A stretch of 55,354 bases of DNA, taken from Candidatus Alloscybalousia sp. (GTDB taxonomy: Bacteria; Bacillota_I; Bacilli_A; RF39; UBA660). The DNA lies in the NCBI GenBank assembly GCA_045595895.1, contig JAZOBJ010000029.1:1-55354 (forward strand). The letters are read 5' to 3'. The notes below the pieces were generated by a model. The model was given only the letters and a program-made list of their open reading frames with translations, ran no database searches and was not told where the DNA came from. The position numbers and the translations under genes are program-made. How positions within the stretch are numbered: the first letter of the stretch is position 1; each line of letters starts with the position of its first letter. Positions 19,987 to 30,268 of the stretch are shown in pieces.

Positions 19987-20547
19987 TTAAACATAAACAC
20001 CAGTTTGCTTGTTTCTTCCACTTAATTTAACATCATCTACATATTTAGAAACAAGAATAACCCTTCCAGCTTTTAAACTTTTTTTAACATCTATAATTCT
20101 TTGATTAGAAGAACCTCTAAAAATACAATTATAACTTTTATTAGATAATTCGAATTTCCCATCTATCAAAACATCAATCTCTTTTAGAAAATCCATAATT
20201 TCTTTCTTCTTTTCTGATAAAGATACCAAATTTTCAAACGTGAAACCAGTATAAGCCCAAATATTCAATCCTTTGTCTCTAGCATATTTAGCTATCTCTG
20301 AACACTCTTTTGTTTGCATAAAAGGATCACCACCAGAAAAAGTAATTCCATCTTGGCCTTCTAAACCATCAATAATTTCAAAAACTTCTTCTAAGTCAAC
20401 TAGTGCCCCACCATTAATATCGTGTGTTTCTGGATTATGACAACCTAGACAGTTATGAGGACATCCTTGTGTCCAAATAACAGTACGGATCCCCTCACCA
20501 TCTACAATACTATCAGGTTGCAAATAAGCCGCAAGCCTAATCTTCAT
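19987..20547 (-). CDS. nrdG: Anaerobic ribonucleotide reductase activase
   Basis: DSIVDGEG, GCPHNCLGCHNP, SGGDP and RGSSNQ motifs. Confidence 0.95.
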   Translation of the reverse strand: MKIRLAAYLQPDSIVDGEGIRTVIWTQGCPHNCLGCHNPETHDINGGALVDLEEVFEIIDGLEGQDGITFSGGDPFMQTKECSEIAKYARDKGLNIWAYTGFTFENLVSLSEKKKEIMDFLKEIDVLIDGKFELSNKSYNCIFRGSSNQRIIDVKKSLKAGRVILVSKYVDDVKLSGRNKQTGVYV

Positions 20548-20717
20548 TATGCTTTACACTTCGCATCAGCGATTACTTCTTTAATTCCAGAATGTTTTAC
20601 ACGATCTTTTTCCTCAGCTCTTTTACCGTTATTAAAACGAGATACATCTCCTGATAAATAACCAGTAACTCTTCTTATTCTTTCGAATTTTACTCCTTCA
20701 CCAACAACTTTTTCCAT
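20547..20717 (-). CDS. Stand-alone NrdD glycyl-radical peptide (56 aa, not in ORF track)
   Basis: MEKVVGEGVKFERIRRVTGYLSGDVSRFNNGKRAEEKDRVKH...; AAAGGA RBS; its TAA overlaps the nrdG ATG. Confidence 0.9.
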   Translation of the reverse strand: MEKVVGEGVKFERIRRVTGYLSGDVSRFNNGKRAEEKDRVKHSGIKEVIADAKCKA

Positions 20718-20740
20718 AATCTTTCATCCTTTCTTTTTAT

Positions 20741-23053
20741 TTATCTACCACAGTTACATCCATCTGTAAGTCTTTCCATTGGAATACCCTCATATTCATG
20801 TCTACCACAACCTGGACAAACATCATTAATTACGCCAACATATCCACAAACTGGATCTCTATCCACTGGATGGTTAACAGCTCCATAACCAATTCCAGCT
20901 TCTTTCATCATACGAATTACACTTTCAAATGCTTCTACGTTATTAACAGTATCACCATCAAGTTCAATATAAGATATATGACCACCATTTGTGTAATTAT
21001 GATATGGTGCTTCTAAAGTAAGTTTATTTTTAATACTAATATTATAATAAACTGGAACATGGAATGAGTTAGTATAGTAATCTTTATCTGTTACACCTTT
21101 AACTTTTCCATAAATAGCTTTATCAATATTTACAAATCTTCCACTAAGTCCCTCTGCAGGTGTTGCGATTAAAGCAAAGTTTAAATTATATTCTTTACAG
21201 TATTCATCACAACGTTTTCTCATAAATCCAATAATTTCTTTACCTAATTTTTGAGCTTCTTCACTTTCACCGTGATGTTTACCAATTAAAGCTTTTAAAG
21301 TTTCAGCAAGACCAATAAATCCAATTCCTAAACTACCATGTTTTAATATTTTTCTTAGTCTATCATCTGGACCTAATTTTTCACCATTAGCCCATAACCC
21401 TTGTTGGATTAAGAATGGGAAATTATATGATCTCTTACTGCATTGAAGTTCAAATCTTTCAAGCAATTGATCTTTAACTAAATCCATCATTTCACCAAGT
21501 TCTTCATAAAAAGATTTCATATCAGCTTTATCTCTTTCTTTCAAAGCTATACCATGTTTAATAGCTATTCTTGGAACATTAATTGATGTAAATGATAAAT
21601 TACCACGTCCACCTGTAGTCTCATTATCACGATCAGTTACATCAGCCATAACACGAGTTCTGCAACCCATATAACCTACTTCAGTTTTAAAATCCCCTGC
21701 TTTATAATATTCTAAATTAAACGGAGCATCTAAGAATGAGAAGTTAGGGAATAATCTTTTAGCAGATACACGGCAAGCAAGTTTAAATAAATCGTAGTTT
21801 TTATCTTCAGGATTATAGTTAACTCCCTCTTTTACCTTAAAAATTGATACTGGGAAAATTGGTGTTTCACCTTTTCCTAAACCTTCATCAGTAGCAAGTA
21901 AGAAATTTTCAATAACCATTCTACCCTCAGCAGAAGTATCAGTACCGAAATTAATTGATGAGAATGGTACTTGTGCACCTGCTCTAGAATGCATTGTATT
22001 TAAATTATGTACAAAAGCTTCCATAGCTTGGAAAGTAGCACGATTAGTTTTAGCCAGTGCTTTTTCATAAGCTTTAGCTAACCCTCTTTTTAAAGTTTTA
22101 CTATCTTTACAGTATCCTTCAAAATCTTTTAAATTAACTTCAATACTATTAAGTTTATCAATATCTTTAGCTATTCTATCCATGTTAACAAAACTTAACA
22201 TATCTTCATAATCTAATAAATCATAGATTTGTTGTTTAAATTGTTTTTTAAATGTTTTTAAAACACCAGGAGCCATATAATAATCAAATGCTGGGATACT
22301 TTGTCCACCATGTTGATCATTTTGGTTAGATTGAACAGCTATTGCAGCTAAAGCTGAATAACTAACAATATCTTGCGGTTCTCTTAAATGACCATGTCCT
22401 GTTGAAAAACCATTTTTAAATAAACGATCAAGTTCAATTTGCATACAAGTAGTTGTCCCCATTGGTAAGAAATCCATATCATGTATGTGAATTGCCCCAC
22501 TATCATGAGCATCACTAAACTTAGGTTTCATTAAATATGACTTCGCAAACTCCTTTGATACAGTAGAACCATATTGAAGCATAGTTCCCATTGCTGTATC
22601 ACCATCAACATTAGCATTTTCTCTCTTATTATTATCTTCATTAGCTGATTTTAATCCTAAACCTTCAATTGTTTTTAAGAATTTATGAAGTTTTTTCTCT
22701 TCTGAAAATAATTCCCTAGATTGACTTCTTCTTTCACGATATTCAGAAAAATGACTATATACATCTTCATAACCTTTTTTCTGTAAAGATTCTTCTATTA
22801 AATCTTGAATTTGTTCAATCTTAATTTTTTCTTGATTTTTGAAATCTTTCTCAATTCTAGAAATAACTTCTTTATATACAATTTGAATATCCTTTTCTGT
22901 ATATATCGTTTCTTCTTCATCACCATTTTGAACAGTGACGTTATCAAAACCTTTCTTTATAGCTAAAGCAATCTTTGAACCATCAAAATCTACTTTCTTC
23001 CCATTTCTTTTAATTACTGTTAAGCCAGAAACTTTTTCCATTACATCTGTCAT
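20741..23053 (-). CDS. nrdD: Class III anaerobic ribonucleoside-triphosphate reductase lacking the C-terminal glycyl-radical motif
   Basis: ATP cone (VIKRNG), HIHDMD, QHGGQS, MGCRT, GRGNL and ATPAEG; ends shortly after CPGC; start set at MTDV (GGAGG RBS). Confidence 0.93.
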   Translation of the reverse strand: MTDVMEKVSGLTVIKRNGKKVDFDGSKIALAIKKGFDNVTVQNGDEEETIYTEKDIQIVYKEVISRIEKDFKNQEKIKIEQIQDLIEESLQKKGYEDVYSHFSEYRERRSQSRELFSEEKKLHKFLKTIEGLGLKSANEDNNKRENANVDGDTAMGTMLQYGSTVSKEFAKSYLMKPKFSDAHDSGAIHIHDMDFLPMGTTTCMQIELDRLFKNGFSTGHGHLREPQDIVSYSALAAIAVQSNQNDQHGGQSIPAFDYYMAPGVLKTFKKQFKQQIYDLLDYEDMLSFVNMDRIAKDIDKLNSIEVNLKDFEGYCKDSKTLKRGLAKAYEKALAKTNRATFQAMEAFVHNLNTMHSRAGAQVPFSSINFGTDTSAEGRMVIENFLLATDEGLGKGETPIFPVSIFKVKEGVNYNPEDKNYDLFKLACRVSAKRLFPNFSFLDAPFNLEYYKAGDFKTEVGYMGCRTRVMADVTDRDNETTGGRGNLSFTSINVPRIAIKHGIALKERDKADMKSFYEELGEMMDLVKDQLLERFELQCSKRSYNFPFLIQQGLWANGEKLGPDDRLRKILKHGSLGIGFIGLAETLKALIGKHHGESEEAQKLGKEIIGFMRKRCDEYCKEYNLNFALIATPAEGLSGRFVNIDKAIYGKVKGVTDKDYYTNSFHVPVYYNISIKNKLTLEAPYHNYTNGGHISYIELDGDTVNNVEAFESVIRMMKEAGIGYGAVNHPVDRDPVCGYVGVINDVCPGCGRHEYEGIPMERLTDGCNCGR

Positions 23054-23441
23054 AAAATACTCCTCCACATCTTCATATCTTGTTAATTCAATTTTAGTAT
23101 CTTCTAACATTACGAGTCAATAATTTTTCTTAAAAATTTAAAAAGTTGACATTTCCATTTTTTTAATTTTTTATTTTTTTGATTTTTTTATTAAAAAGTA
23201 TTGACTTATATTTTTCTTTAGCAAACCCTTTATTTTAAAAGGAAATAGTTCATCAAAAGAATGAAAAAGAAATACAAAAAAATTTTATTTTTTTTAAAAA
23301 TTGTCATTATAAGTAAAATTTATTTTTTTATTTTTTTAATTTTTTTATTTGTTCGATTTACATTTAAAATTTAAAAAAAGACATTCTTTGACAAATGTCA
23401 AAATGTCCTTTTTGTATTAACACAACAATTTTAATAAAGAA

Positions 23442-24023
23442 TTATTTTTTAATATCCTTTTTTTCTTCTAAGTCATACTCATATATGTAATAAGGATAAT
23501 CTGAATTAGATACATATTCAACTCTTTTAGCGCCTATCGCATCTAAAGATTTAAGAGAAGAAATATTGTCTTCCCTAACAGTAAAAATTGGTTTTTTCAA
23601 TCCTTGTTCCAACATAACGTCATTCAAAAGCATAAATGCCATCTTAGAATAACGCATACCACGATAATCCGGTTCAATATTAGCCCCAAGATTTCCTAAA
23701 TGTTTTTCACTCTCTAATAATGAAAATCTAACTTCTATTTCCCCTATTTTTGCTTTAGTACCATGTAATGTAATAATATATTTATATTTATCAGGTTTAT
23801 CTTCAAACTTTTCATGAAAATTCACAAGATATAGATCTATATCACTACTCTCAATATCAGGATTACTTCGTAAATATAAATCTTTTTCTAACCTTTGAAG
23901 TTTTAATTTTAAATCAAAAATTTTTCGTGAATAATCTACAACACTACCATCAATACTACCAATCTTACCCTGAAGTTCTCTTAATTCTTTATAAACTTCA
24001 AAAATTTCATTTTTTATATCCAT
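23442..24023 (-). CDS. GNAT-family acetyltransferase with N-terminal coiled coil
   Basis: IGEI.VR, YRGMRYS (motif A) and NISS motifs. Confidence 0.7.
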   Translation of the reverse strand: MDIKNEIFEVYKELRELQGKIGSIDGSVVDYSRKIFDLKLKLQRLEKDLYLRSNPDIESSDIDLYLVNFHEKFEDKPDKYKYIITLHGTKAKIGEIEVRFSLLESEKHLGNLGANIEPDYRGMRYSKMAFMLLNDVMLEQGLKKPIFTVREDNISSLKSLDAIGAKRVEYVSNSDYPYYIYEYDLEEKKDIKK

Positions 24024-24024
24024 A

Positions 24025-26181
24025 TTACTCCTCTATCAAACTTAGTGATACCTTTTCTTGTTCCTTTTTAATATCTATAACATAACATTCAACAATATCA
24101 CCAACACTAAATAATTCTGATGGATGTTTAATATATTCTTTAGAAAGTTTTGAAATATGTGCAAGACCATCATTATGAAGTCCAATATCGATAAATAAAC
24201 CGAAGTCTACTACATTTCTAACAGTACCCTGAAGTTTATCCCCAATATGTAAATCTTCAACATGTAAAATTCCACTTTTTAAAATTGGTTTAGGCATTTC
24301 ATCTCTTGGATCACGATTAGGTTTAGTAAGTGAATCAATAATATCCTGTAATGTATATTTATCTATATCTAAACTAGAATTTTCAATATCATAATTCTTT
24401 AACTTATCTTTTAATTTATCCGTACCAATATCTTCTAAAGTACATCCAATAGAATCAAGCAAAACCAAAGTTTGTTTGTAACTTTCAGGGTGAATTGAAG
24501 TTTTATCAAGTGGATTTACACCATCTAATATTCTAATAAATCCAATTGATTGTTCAAAAACTTTATCTGAGATACCCTTCATTTTCTTAATTTCATCACG
24601 AGATGTTATTTTACCATTAGTATCACGATAACTAATAATAGTATCAATAGCCTTTTTAGTTAGACCAGAAACATATTTCAAAAGTGATGGTGAGGCTGTA
24701 TTTATATTAACACCAACACCATTAACTGCTTTAGTAACTACAAAATCTAATGATTCATCTAACTTTTTACCTTGAACATCATGTTGATAAAGTCCAACAC
24801 CTATACTCTTAGGATCAATCTTAACAAGTTCAGATAATGAATCTTGTAATCTTCTACCTATTGAAATAGCACTTCTCTTTTCAACAGTTAAATCAGGAAA
24901 CTCTGATATAGCTAAAGGTGATGCTGAATAAACAGAAGCACCTGCTTCACTAACTATAATATATTCAACTTTTCTCTTAGCCTCTTTTATTGTATCAGCA
25001 ATAAACGCCTCACTCTCACGTGATGCAGTACCATTTCCTATTGCTATAATATCAATATTATATTTATTAATTAATTCAAGTACAATCTTTTTACTTTCTT
25101 CAATCTTATTATGTGGTTCAGTAGGATAAATAACTTGAATATCAAGTACTTTACCAGTTGCATCTAAAACCGCTAACTTACATCCTGTACGAAAAGCAGG
25201 ATCATAACCTAAAACTACCTTATCTTTCATAGGTGGAGTTAATAATAAACTTTCTACATTTTTGGAAAAATTATCTATAGCAACTACTTCCGCATTTTCT
25301 TTTAATTCAGCTCTAATCTCTCTCTCAATACTAGGAAATATTAAACGTTTATAACTATCTTTAATAGCATCTTTTACTTCTTCAACCACAAAAGAATCTT
25401 TATTCTTAATTATTTTACTCTCTAAATAACTAATTAAAATCTCATCTTTAATATCAATACCAACACTTAATACATCTTCCTTCTCACCACGGTTAGTAGC
25501 AAGTACACGATGTGGTTTAATCCTATTTAATGGTTCATTATAGTCATAATACATTTCATAAGTTTTAGCTTCATCCTTAGCATTTTTCTTCAACTTACTA
25601 GAAAGTACACCATTTTGATATAATCTTCTTCTAAGTTCTTTACGATAACCAGCATTATCACTAATCCATTCTGCAATTATATATTTAGCACCTTGAATTG
25701 CATCTTCTACTGCTTTAACATTTTCATTTAAAAACTTCTTAGCCATATCATCTAAACTACCATTAGTAGGATAAGCCATTATCATCTTAGCAAGTGGTTC
25801 AAGTCCATTTTTAATAGCTTCTGTAGCCTTAGTCTTTTTCTTTTCTTTAAATGGTCGATATAAATCTTCTACTTCAACTAACTTTAGACATTTCATGATA
25901 GAATCTCTTAACTCATCTGTTAAAAGTCCTTTTTCATCTATCAAACGAATAACATCTTCTTTTCTTTTTAACAAGTTTACTTGATATTCATAAACCTCAT
26001 TAATACTACGAATAATTTCTTCATCTAAAGCACCTGTTGCTTCCTTTCTATAACGCGCTATAAAAGGAATTGTATTTCCTTCACTTAATAAATTTAAAAC
26101 CGTTTCTACTTGATTAGGTTTAATATTTAAATTATTACTAATTTCTAAAATAATATCTTGATTCATATTTATATCCTCCAT
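24025..26181 (-). CDS. tex: Tex transcription accessory protein
   Basis: PFIARYRKE, DPAFRTGCK, IGVGLYQHD and a C-terminal S1 domain. Confidence 0.95.
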   Translation of the reverse strand: MEDINMNQDIILEISNNLNIKPNQVETVLNLLSEGNTIPFIARYRKEATGALDEEIIRSINEVYEYQVNLLKRKEDVIRLIDEKGLLTDELRDSIMKCLKLVEVEDLYRPFKEKKKTKATEAIKNGLEPLAKMIMAYPTNGSLDDMAKKFLNENVKAVEDAIQGAKYIIAEWISDNAGYRKELRRRLYQNGVLSSKLKKNAKDEAKTYEMYYDYNEPLNRIKPHRVLATNRGEKEDVLSVGIDIKDEILISYLESKIIKNKDSFVVEEVKDAIKDSYKRLIFPSIEREIRAELKENAEVVAIDNFSKNVESLLLTPPMKDKVVLGYDPAFRTGCKLAVLDATGKVLDIQVIYPTEPHNKIEESKKIVLELINKYNIDIIAIGNGTASRESEAFIADTIKEAKRKVEYIIVSEAGASVYSASPLAISEFPDLTVEKRSAISIGRRLQDSLSELVKIDPKSIGVGLYQHDVQGKKLDESLDFVVTKAVNGVGVNINTASPSLLKYVSGLTKKAIDTIISYRDTNGKITSRDEIKKMKGISDKVFEQSIGFIRILDGVNPLDKTSIHPESYKQTLVLLDSIGCTLEDIGTDKLKDKLKNYDIENSSLDIDKYTLQDIIDSLTKPNRDPRDEMPKPILKSGILHVEDLHIGDKLQGTVRNVVDFGLFIDIGLHNDGLAHISKLSKEYIKHPSELFSVGDIVECYVIDIKKEQEKVSLSLIEE

Positions 26182-26203
26182 ATATTATTTTAGCAAAACC
26201 AAT

Positions 26204-26234
26204 AAAAAAAGTTTAGTCCATTGACTAAACTTTA
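26204..26234 (-). terminator. Terminator
   Basis: AAAAGTTTAGTC/GACTAAACTTTT. Confidence 0.75.
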
Positions 26235-26247
26235 CTATTAAACTTTA

Positions 26248-27195
26248 CTATTTAAAACTAGGTCTATTATTTAAAAGTAATACTTTTTTATCTTCCATTT
26301 CTATAGCTTGTACTTTTTCTTCAGGATATTGTTTCTTATATTCACCTTTAATAAATTTTTGAAGTTTAATATCATCTTTAGCTACAAATACACAGTAAGA
26401 AGTAATATCACCGACTTTAACACGAGCTAATTTACACTCTTCTTTAACTTTAGCTAATTTTTGTTCCCTAGTTAATTTAACCTTTGGAATATCACTAGTA
26501 TCAGCTAAAACTAAATTTTCAACACCAATAGCCTCTTCATTAGATTCATCTGTTGTAAGTTCAGTATACTGTTTATCATCAATTATAACTTCTTCTTCAT
26601 ATTCTTTATTATTTGATTTTACAAAACATTTTCTCAATGATTTAAAAAATCCTTCTTTTTCTACATTTTCAACTAAATCTTCATTTGTGTTTTGATTATA
26701 TCCTTCTTTAATTTGTTTAAATTCATTAATAGAATCTTTACATGAAGAGTTATAAAACCAAGAACCACCAACAAAAGCAGCTGTCATAACAAAAGCAGGG
26801 ATAAAGCCTATAGTAGCAATTGATACTGCTGACATCAAAGCCCCAGCAGCACAAGCACAAAATAATGTTCCTTTAAAGATACATTTACTAAAAGACTTAA
26901 CCAAATCTTTTTTATCATAAATACCAAATTCAAAATTTAATGCTCTTTGCCTCTTTATAAATTGTTTTTCTGCTTTTCTAGTATAATACCACTCTGTAAG
27001 ATTATTTTTCACTTCGTGTATTCTTTCAGCACTAGTTTCCTTCTTATTAGAAAACCAATCAGCTATTCTAGCACCTAGACTTAATTCCATTTTTGGAAAA
27101 TCAAAATCCATTTCACTTTCCACATTTTCATATTCACAATTATCTAACATCTCTAATTCATCTAATACTTCTGTTTCTGTATAATTATAATCCAT
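26248..27195 (-). CDS. Hypothetical protein with central hydrophobic hairpin
   Basis: Acidic N-terminus and two hydrophobic helices; start set at MDYN (AGAGGGG RBS). Confidence 0.7.
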   Translation of the reverse strand: MDYNYTETEVLDELEMLDNCEYENVESEMDFDFPKMELSLGARIADWFSNKKETSAERIHEVKNNLTEWYYTRKAEKQFIKRQRALNFEFGIYDKKDLVKSFSKCIFKGTLFCACAAGALMSAVSIATIGFIPAFVMTAAFVGGSWFYNSSCKDSINEFKQIKEGYNQNTNEDLVENVEKEGFFKSLRKCFVKSNNKEYEEEVIIDDKQYTELTTDESNEEAIGVENLVLADTSDIPKVKLTREQKLAKVKEECKLARVKVGDITSYCVFVAKDDIKLQKFIKGEYKKQYPEEKVQAIEMEDKKVLLLNNRPSFK

Positions 27196-27292
27196 AATAA
27201 TAATCCCCCTCTTCTTAGATATGCCACATATTATAACACAAAACGCAAAAAAAAGCAAGGGCAAACAAAAAAGCACTAATAAAGTGCTTAAA

Positions 27293-28522
27293 TTATTTAA
27301 TATTAGTTTTAGATATTACAACAACAGGTCTAACACCAAATTGCGTATTATCATTTGCATATTGGACATTAGAATTATTATATCTACCAGAAACACCCCA
27401 AACGTATGAAGAATTTAAATTTGAAGGTGTACTAGTCCAATATGAAGTAGTTGTTAACCAACTTGAATTAAAAGTTATTTGTGCTTGATCAAAAACTTGA
27501 GAATCAGCATTTGCTAACTGTTGCATTGTTGGTAAAGATACAACTAAATCCTCTAATGTTCCATCATTTAAAGTTAATGATTGTCTTAATAATGGTGTAT
27601 AAGTATTATCTAACCAAAGTTTAACAGTTGAATCACTGATTACAGTGGTACTATTACTATTATAAACATTACATCCATTTTCTGGAGTTAAACAATAACT
27701 ATTATTCTCAGTTAATCTGTTATTAGCTGCATCAAAAACTTGAACACTACACTCATACATACCATCTAAATTAGCACCACAAGTATTATCATATGTTCCA
27801 TCAAAATTTAAATTATAATCAGAAAGTAAAGTTACAGTGGTCTGATTAGAAGCACTATCCTGTAATACATGCCATTTTGAACCATCTTTTAATGTAACGC
27901 TATCACCTATTTTATATTCAGTACTATAAGTTTCATTAACCCCACTTTGAACACTTTCTACAACAACTTTACCATGGAAATGTTTACCTAAAACACTATT
28001 AGGTGCAGCTTCATCAATCCAAATACGAATTTCATGAATTTCACTACTACCAGAAACCAAATTACTAGATTGATAAATAACATAATCACTAGATTCCTTA
28101 CTACTTAATAATACAGGTTCTTCATTATCAAACTTATATTTTATATATTTTTGAAGTAATAAATTATCTTCGCAACCATCTTCTTCAATTATTGCATCAT
28201 CATATAACACTTTAATTTTAAAATCTGCTGTAATACTACCAGTATTAGTAACGCTAAAACGATAAGGACTAGAATTAATACCTTCAGTATCACTTATAGG
28301 ATAAGCACCATTTAACGATAAAATATCACCAAATCCTTCACCTGTATCAACATAACTTATTTCCAAATTACCTACTTTTAAAACATTATATTCATCTGCT
28401 TTAGAAGTAGCAGAAAATATTGCATAACTACCACCAATCATAGTAATAACTATAGCTAATCCTGCAACAATTGTAATTAATAACTGATGTTTAAAAATCT
28501 TCTTATTATCTTTTGAAAACAT
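27293..28522 (-). CDS. SipW/TasA-type protein with C-terminal DUF6273/C-type-lectin-like domain
   Basis: GGSYAIFS signal, NTGS and IRIWI motifs; C-terminal YWTSTP...VWGV...GVRPVV. Confidence 0.7.
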   Translation of the reverse strand: MFSKDNKKIFKHQLLITIVAGLAIVITMIGGSYAIFSATSKADEYNVLKVGNLEISYVDTGEGFGDILSLNGAYPISDTEGINSSPYRFSVTNTGSITADFKIKVLYDDAIIEEDGCEDNLLLQKYIKYKFDNEEPVLLSSKESSDYVIYQSSNLVSGSSEIHEIRIWIDEAAPNSVLGKHFHGKVVVESVQSGVNETYSTEYKIGDSVTLKDGSKWHVLQDSASNQTTVTLLSDYNLNFDGTYDNTCGANLDGMYECSVQVFDAANNRLTENNSYCLTPENGCNVYNSNSTTVISDSTVKLWLDNTYTPLLRQSLTLNDGTLEDLVVSLPTMQQLANADSQVFDQAQITFNSSWLTTTSYWTSTPSNLNSSYVWGVSGRYNNSNVQYANDNTQFGVRPVVVISKTNIK

Positions 28523-28607
28523 ATCATCACCGTACCCATATTATAAATCTAATATTATTATACCATGAATTACTAATAAATCTATATAAAATTAAAAAAT
28601 ATTAAGA

Positions 28608-29117
28608 TTAATAACCTAATCTTAACACTTCTAAAGTAACATTATTGATTATTCCAAGTTCATATGATTCTGCCTCATTTGAAACAAGTAAATCTATTTG
28701 AAAATTCTTACCATCGCCTATTCCACCACCACGATCTAAAACAATAGCAGTAATAACGCTATCATAATACTCCATTCTAACAATGCTACCTAAAGGATAT
28801 TTTTTATCAGCAGCAACAACTCTAACTAATCCAAAAGTAGAATCTTCGTAATATATTCTCCCATCACCTATATAATAACCTGAAGCAGTGTACCCACCAC
28901 ATCCATAACAATCATGACCATAATGACTAAGACTAACCATCTCTTCAGCTAATACTGTAACAGTATCATTAACTTCTTCTTTATTATCAATTGGCTTCTT
29001 TTCTTCATTCTCTATAGTAGAATCGTATTTATTAATACCAATATCAACTATAAAACCAACAAATATTAACATTATAAATATACATATTAATTTTGATATT
29101 CGTTTCTTTTTTTTCAT
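28608..29117 (-). CDS. 3D-domain peptidoglycan-remodelling protein
   Basis: TASG, VVAAD, DRGG and IDL aspartate motifs; N-terminal TM helix. Confidence 0.82.
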   Translation of the reverse strand: MKKKKRISKLICIFIMLIFVGFIVDIGINKYDSTIENEEKKPIDNKEEVNDTVTVLAEEMVSLSHYGHDCYGCGGYTASGYYIGDGRIYYEDSTFGLVRVVAADKKYPLGSIVRMEYYDSVITAIVLDRGGGIGDGKNFQIDLLVSNEAESYELGIINNVTLEVLRLGY

Positions 29118-29214
29118 TATTTCACCTCTCATTGACTCCATAAGTATAACATATTTATAAAATACAAACAAATACTAAAAATTACCAAAAAAAGAACCAT
29201 TCAAGGTTCCTTTT

Positions 29215-29766
29215 CTACATGTAATTATCAGCTTTAACTTCCATAAAAGCTTTTGGATGTTTACATACTGGACACATTTCTAATGCTTTAGTGCCAACGT
29301 AAACATGACCGCAATTACGACAAATCCAAATTTTATCTTCTTTCTTTTCAAAAATAGATTCATCCTCAATATTTTGAAGAAGTCTTAAATATCTTTCTTC
29401 ATGTTCTTTTTCAATTTTAGCAACCGCATCAAATAAATAAGCAAGTTCATTAAAACCTTCTTCTTTAGCTACTTTAGAAAATTCTGCATACATATCAGTC
29501 CATTCATAGTTTTCACCAGTTGCTGCATCCTTTAAGTTATCTAAAGTTGTTGGAACTTCCCCATTATGTAAATATTTAAACCATAATTTAGCATGTTCTT
29601 TTTCATTATTAGCAGTTTCTTCAAAAATCGCAGCTATTTGTTCATAACCATCTTTTTTAGCTTTAGAAGCATAATATGTATATTTGTTTCTAGCTTGACT
29701 TTCACCCGCAAAAGCAGTCATTAAATTTTGTTCTGTTTTTGTTCCTTTTAATTTTTCATAATCCAT
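29215..29766 (-). CDS. rbr: Rubrerythrin
   Basis: [12 protein letters not shown] twice, WICRNCG and CPVCKHP. Confidence 0.95.
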   Translation of the reverse strand: MDYEKLKGTKTEQNLMTAFAGESQARNKYTYYASKAKKDGYEQIAAIFEETANNEKEHAKLWFKYLHNGEVPTTLDNLKDAATGENYEWTDMYAEFSKVAKEEGFNELAYLFDAVAKIEKEHEERYLRLLQNIEDESIFEKKEDKIWICRNCGHVYVGTKALEMCPVCKHPKAFMEVKADNYM

Positions 29767-29816
29767 AATTTTACCTTCTTTCTTACATTTATATCAAAAG
29801 ATTACTCTTTTAATAA

Positions 29817-30197
29817 CTATTTATTTTTACATTTATTACAGAAACCCTCAATCATTAAATTATAATTAATAATTTCCTCATTTCTATTTTGATATCTATT
29901 TTTAATAGATACTAACATTTCATCATCCACGATATCAATTATATTACCACATTTTAAACATTCAAAATGAACATGATCAGTATAATAATCGTACCTATCA
30001 ATACCATTCTTAGTTTTAATTTGATAAATCTTACCCTCATCTAAAAATCTTTTAACATTACGATAAACAGTTGCTTGCCCTATAGATGGATCAATATTTT
30101 GAACTTTTTCATAAATCTCTGCGATAGTTGGATGATCTTTACTATCCCTAATAATTTTTAAAACAACATATTTTTGTCTCGTATTTCTCTGATCCAT
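29817..30197 (-). CDS. Fur/PerR-family regulator
   Basis: TRQK, HPT, ATVYRN, HVHFECLKC and CNKC motifs. Confidence 0.9.
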   Translation of the reverse strand: MDQRNTRQKYVVLKIIRDSKDHPTIAEIYEKVQNIDPSIGQATVYRNVKRFLDEGKIYQIKTKNGIDRYDYYTDHVHFECLKCGNIIDIVDDEMLVSIKNRYQNRNEEIINYNLMIEGFCNKCKNK

Positions 30198-30210
30198 AAC
30201 ACACCTCTAT

Positions 30211-30225
30211 TGATAATCATTATCA
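30211..30225. promoter_or_regulatory. Fur box
   Basis: Perfect TGATAAT-C-ATTATCA 7-1-7 palindrome between the -10 element and the RBS. Confidence 0.85.
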
Positions 30226-30268
30226 ATATAATTATAGCAGTAAAAATTATTTAATACAAGCATTTTTA

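Noticed and set aside
23115-23206. 13/14-nt inverted repeat upstream of nrdD, considered as an invertible promoter
   Set aside because: Low-complexity AT sequence built on -35-like hexamers; no invertase; inversion would not move the promoter core
23222-23235. CAAACCCTTTATTT shared with 32891
   Set aside because: A near-identical string also occurs inside the mini-pilin coding sequence, so chance is plausible
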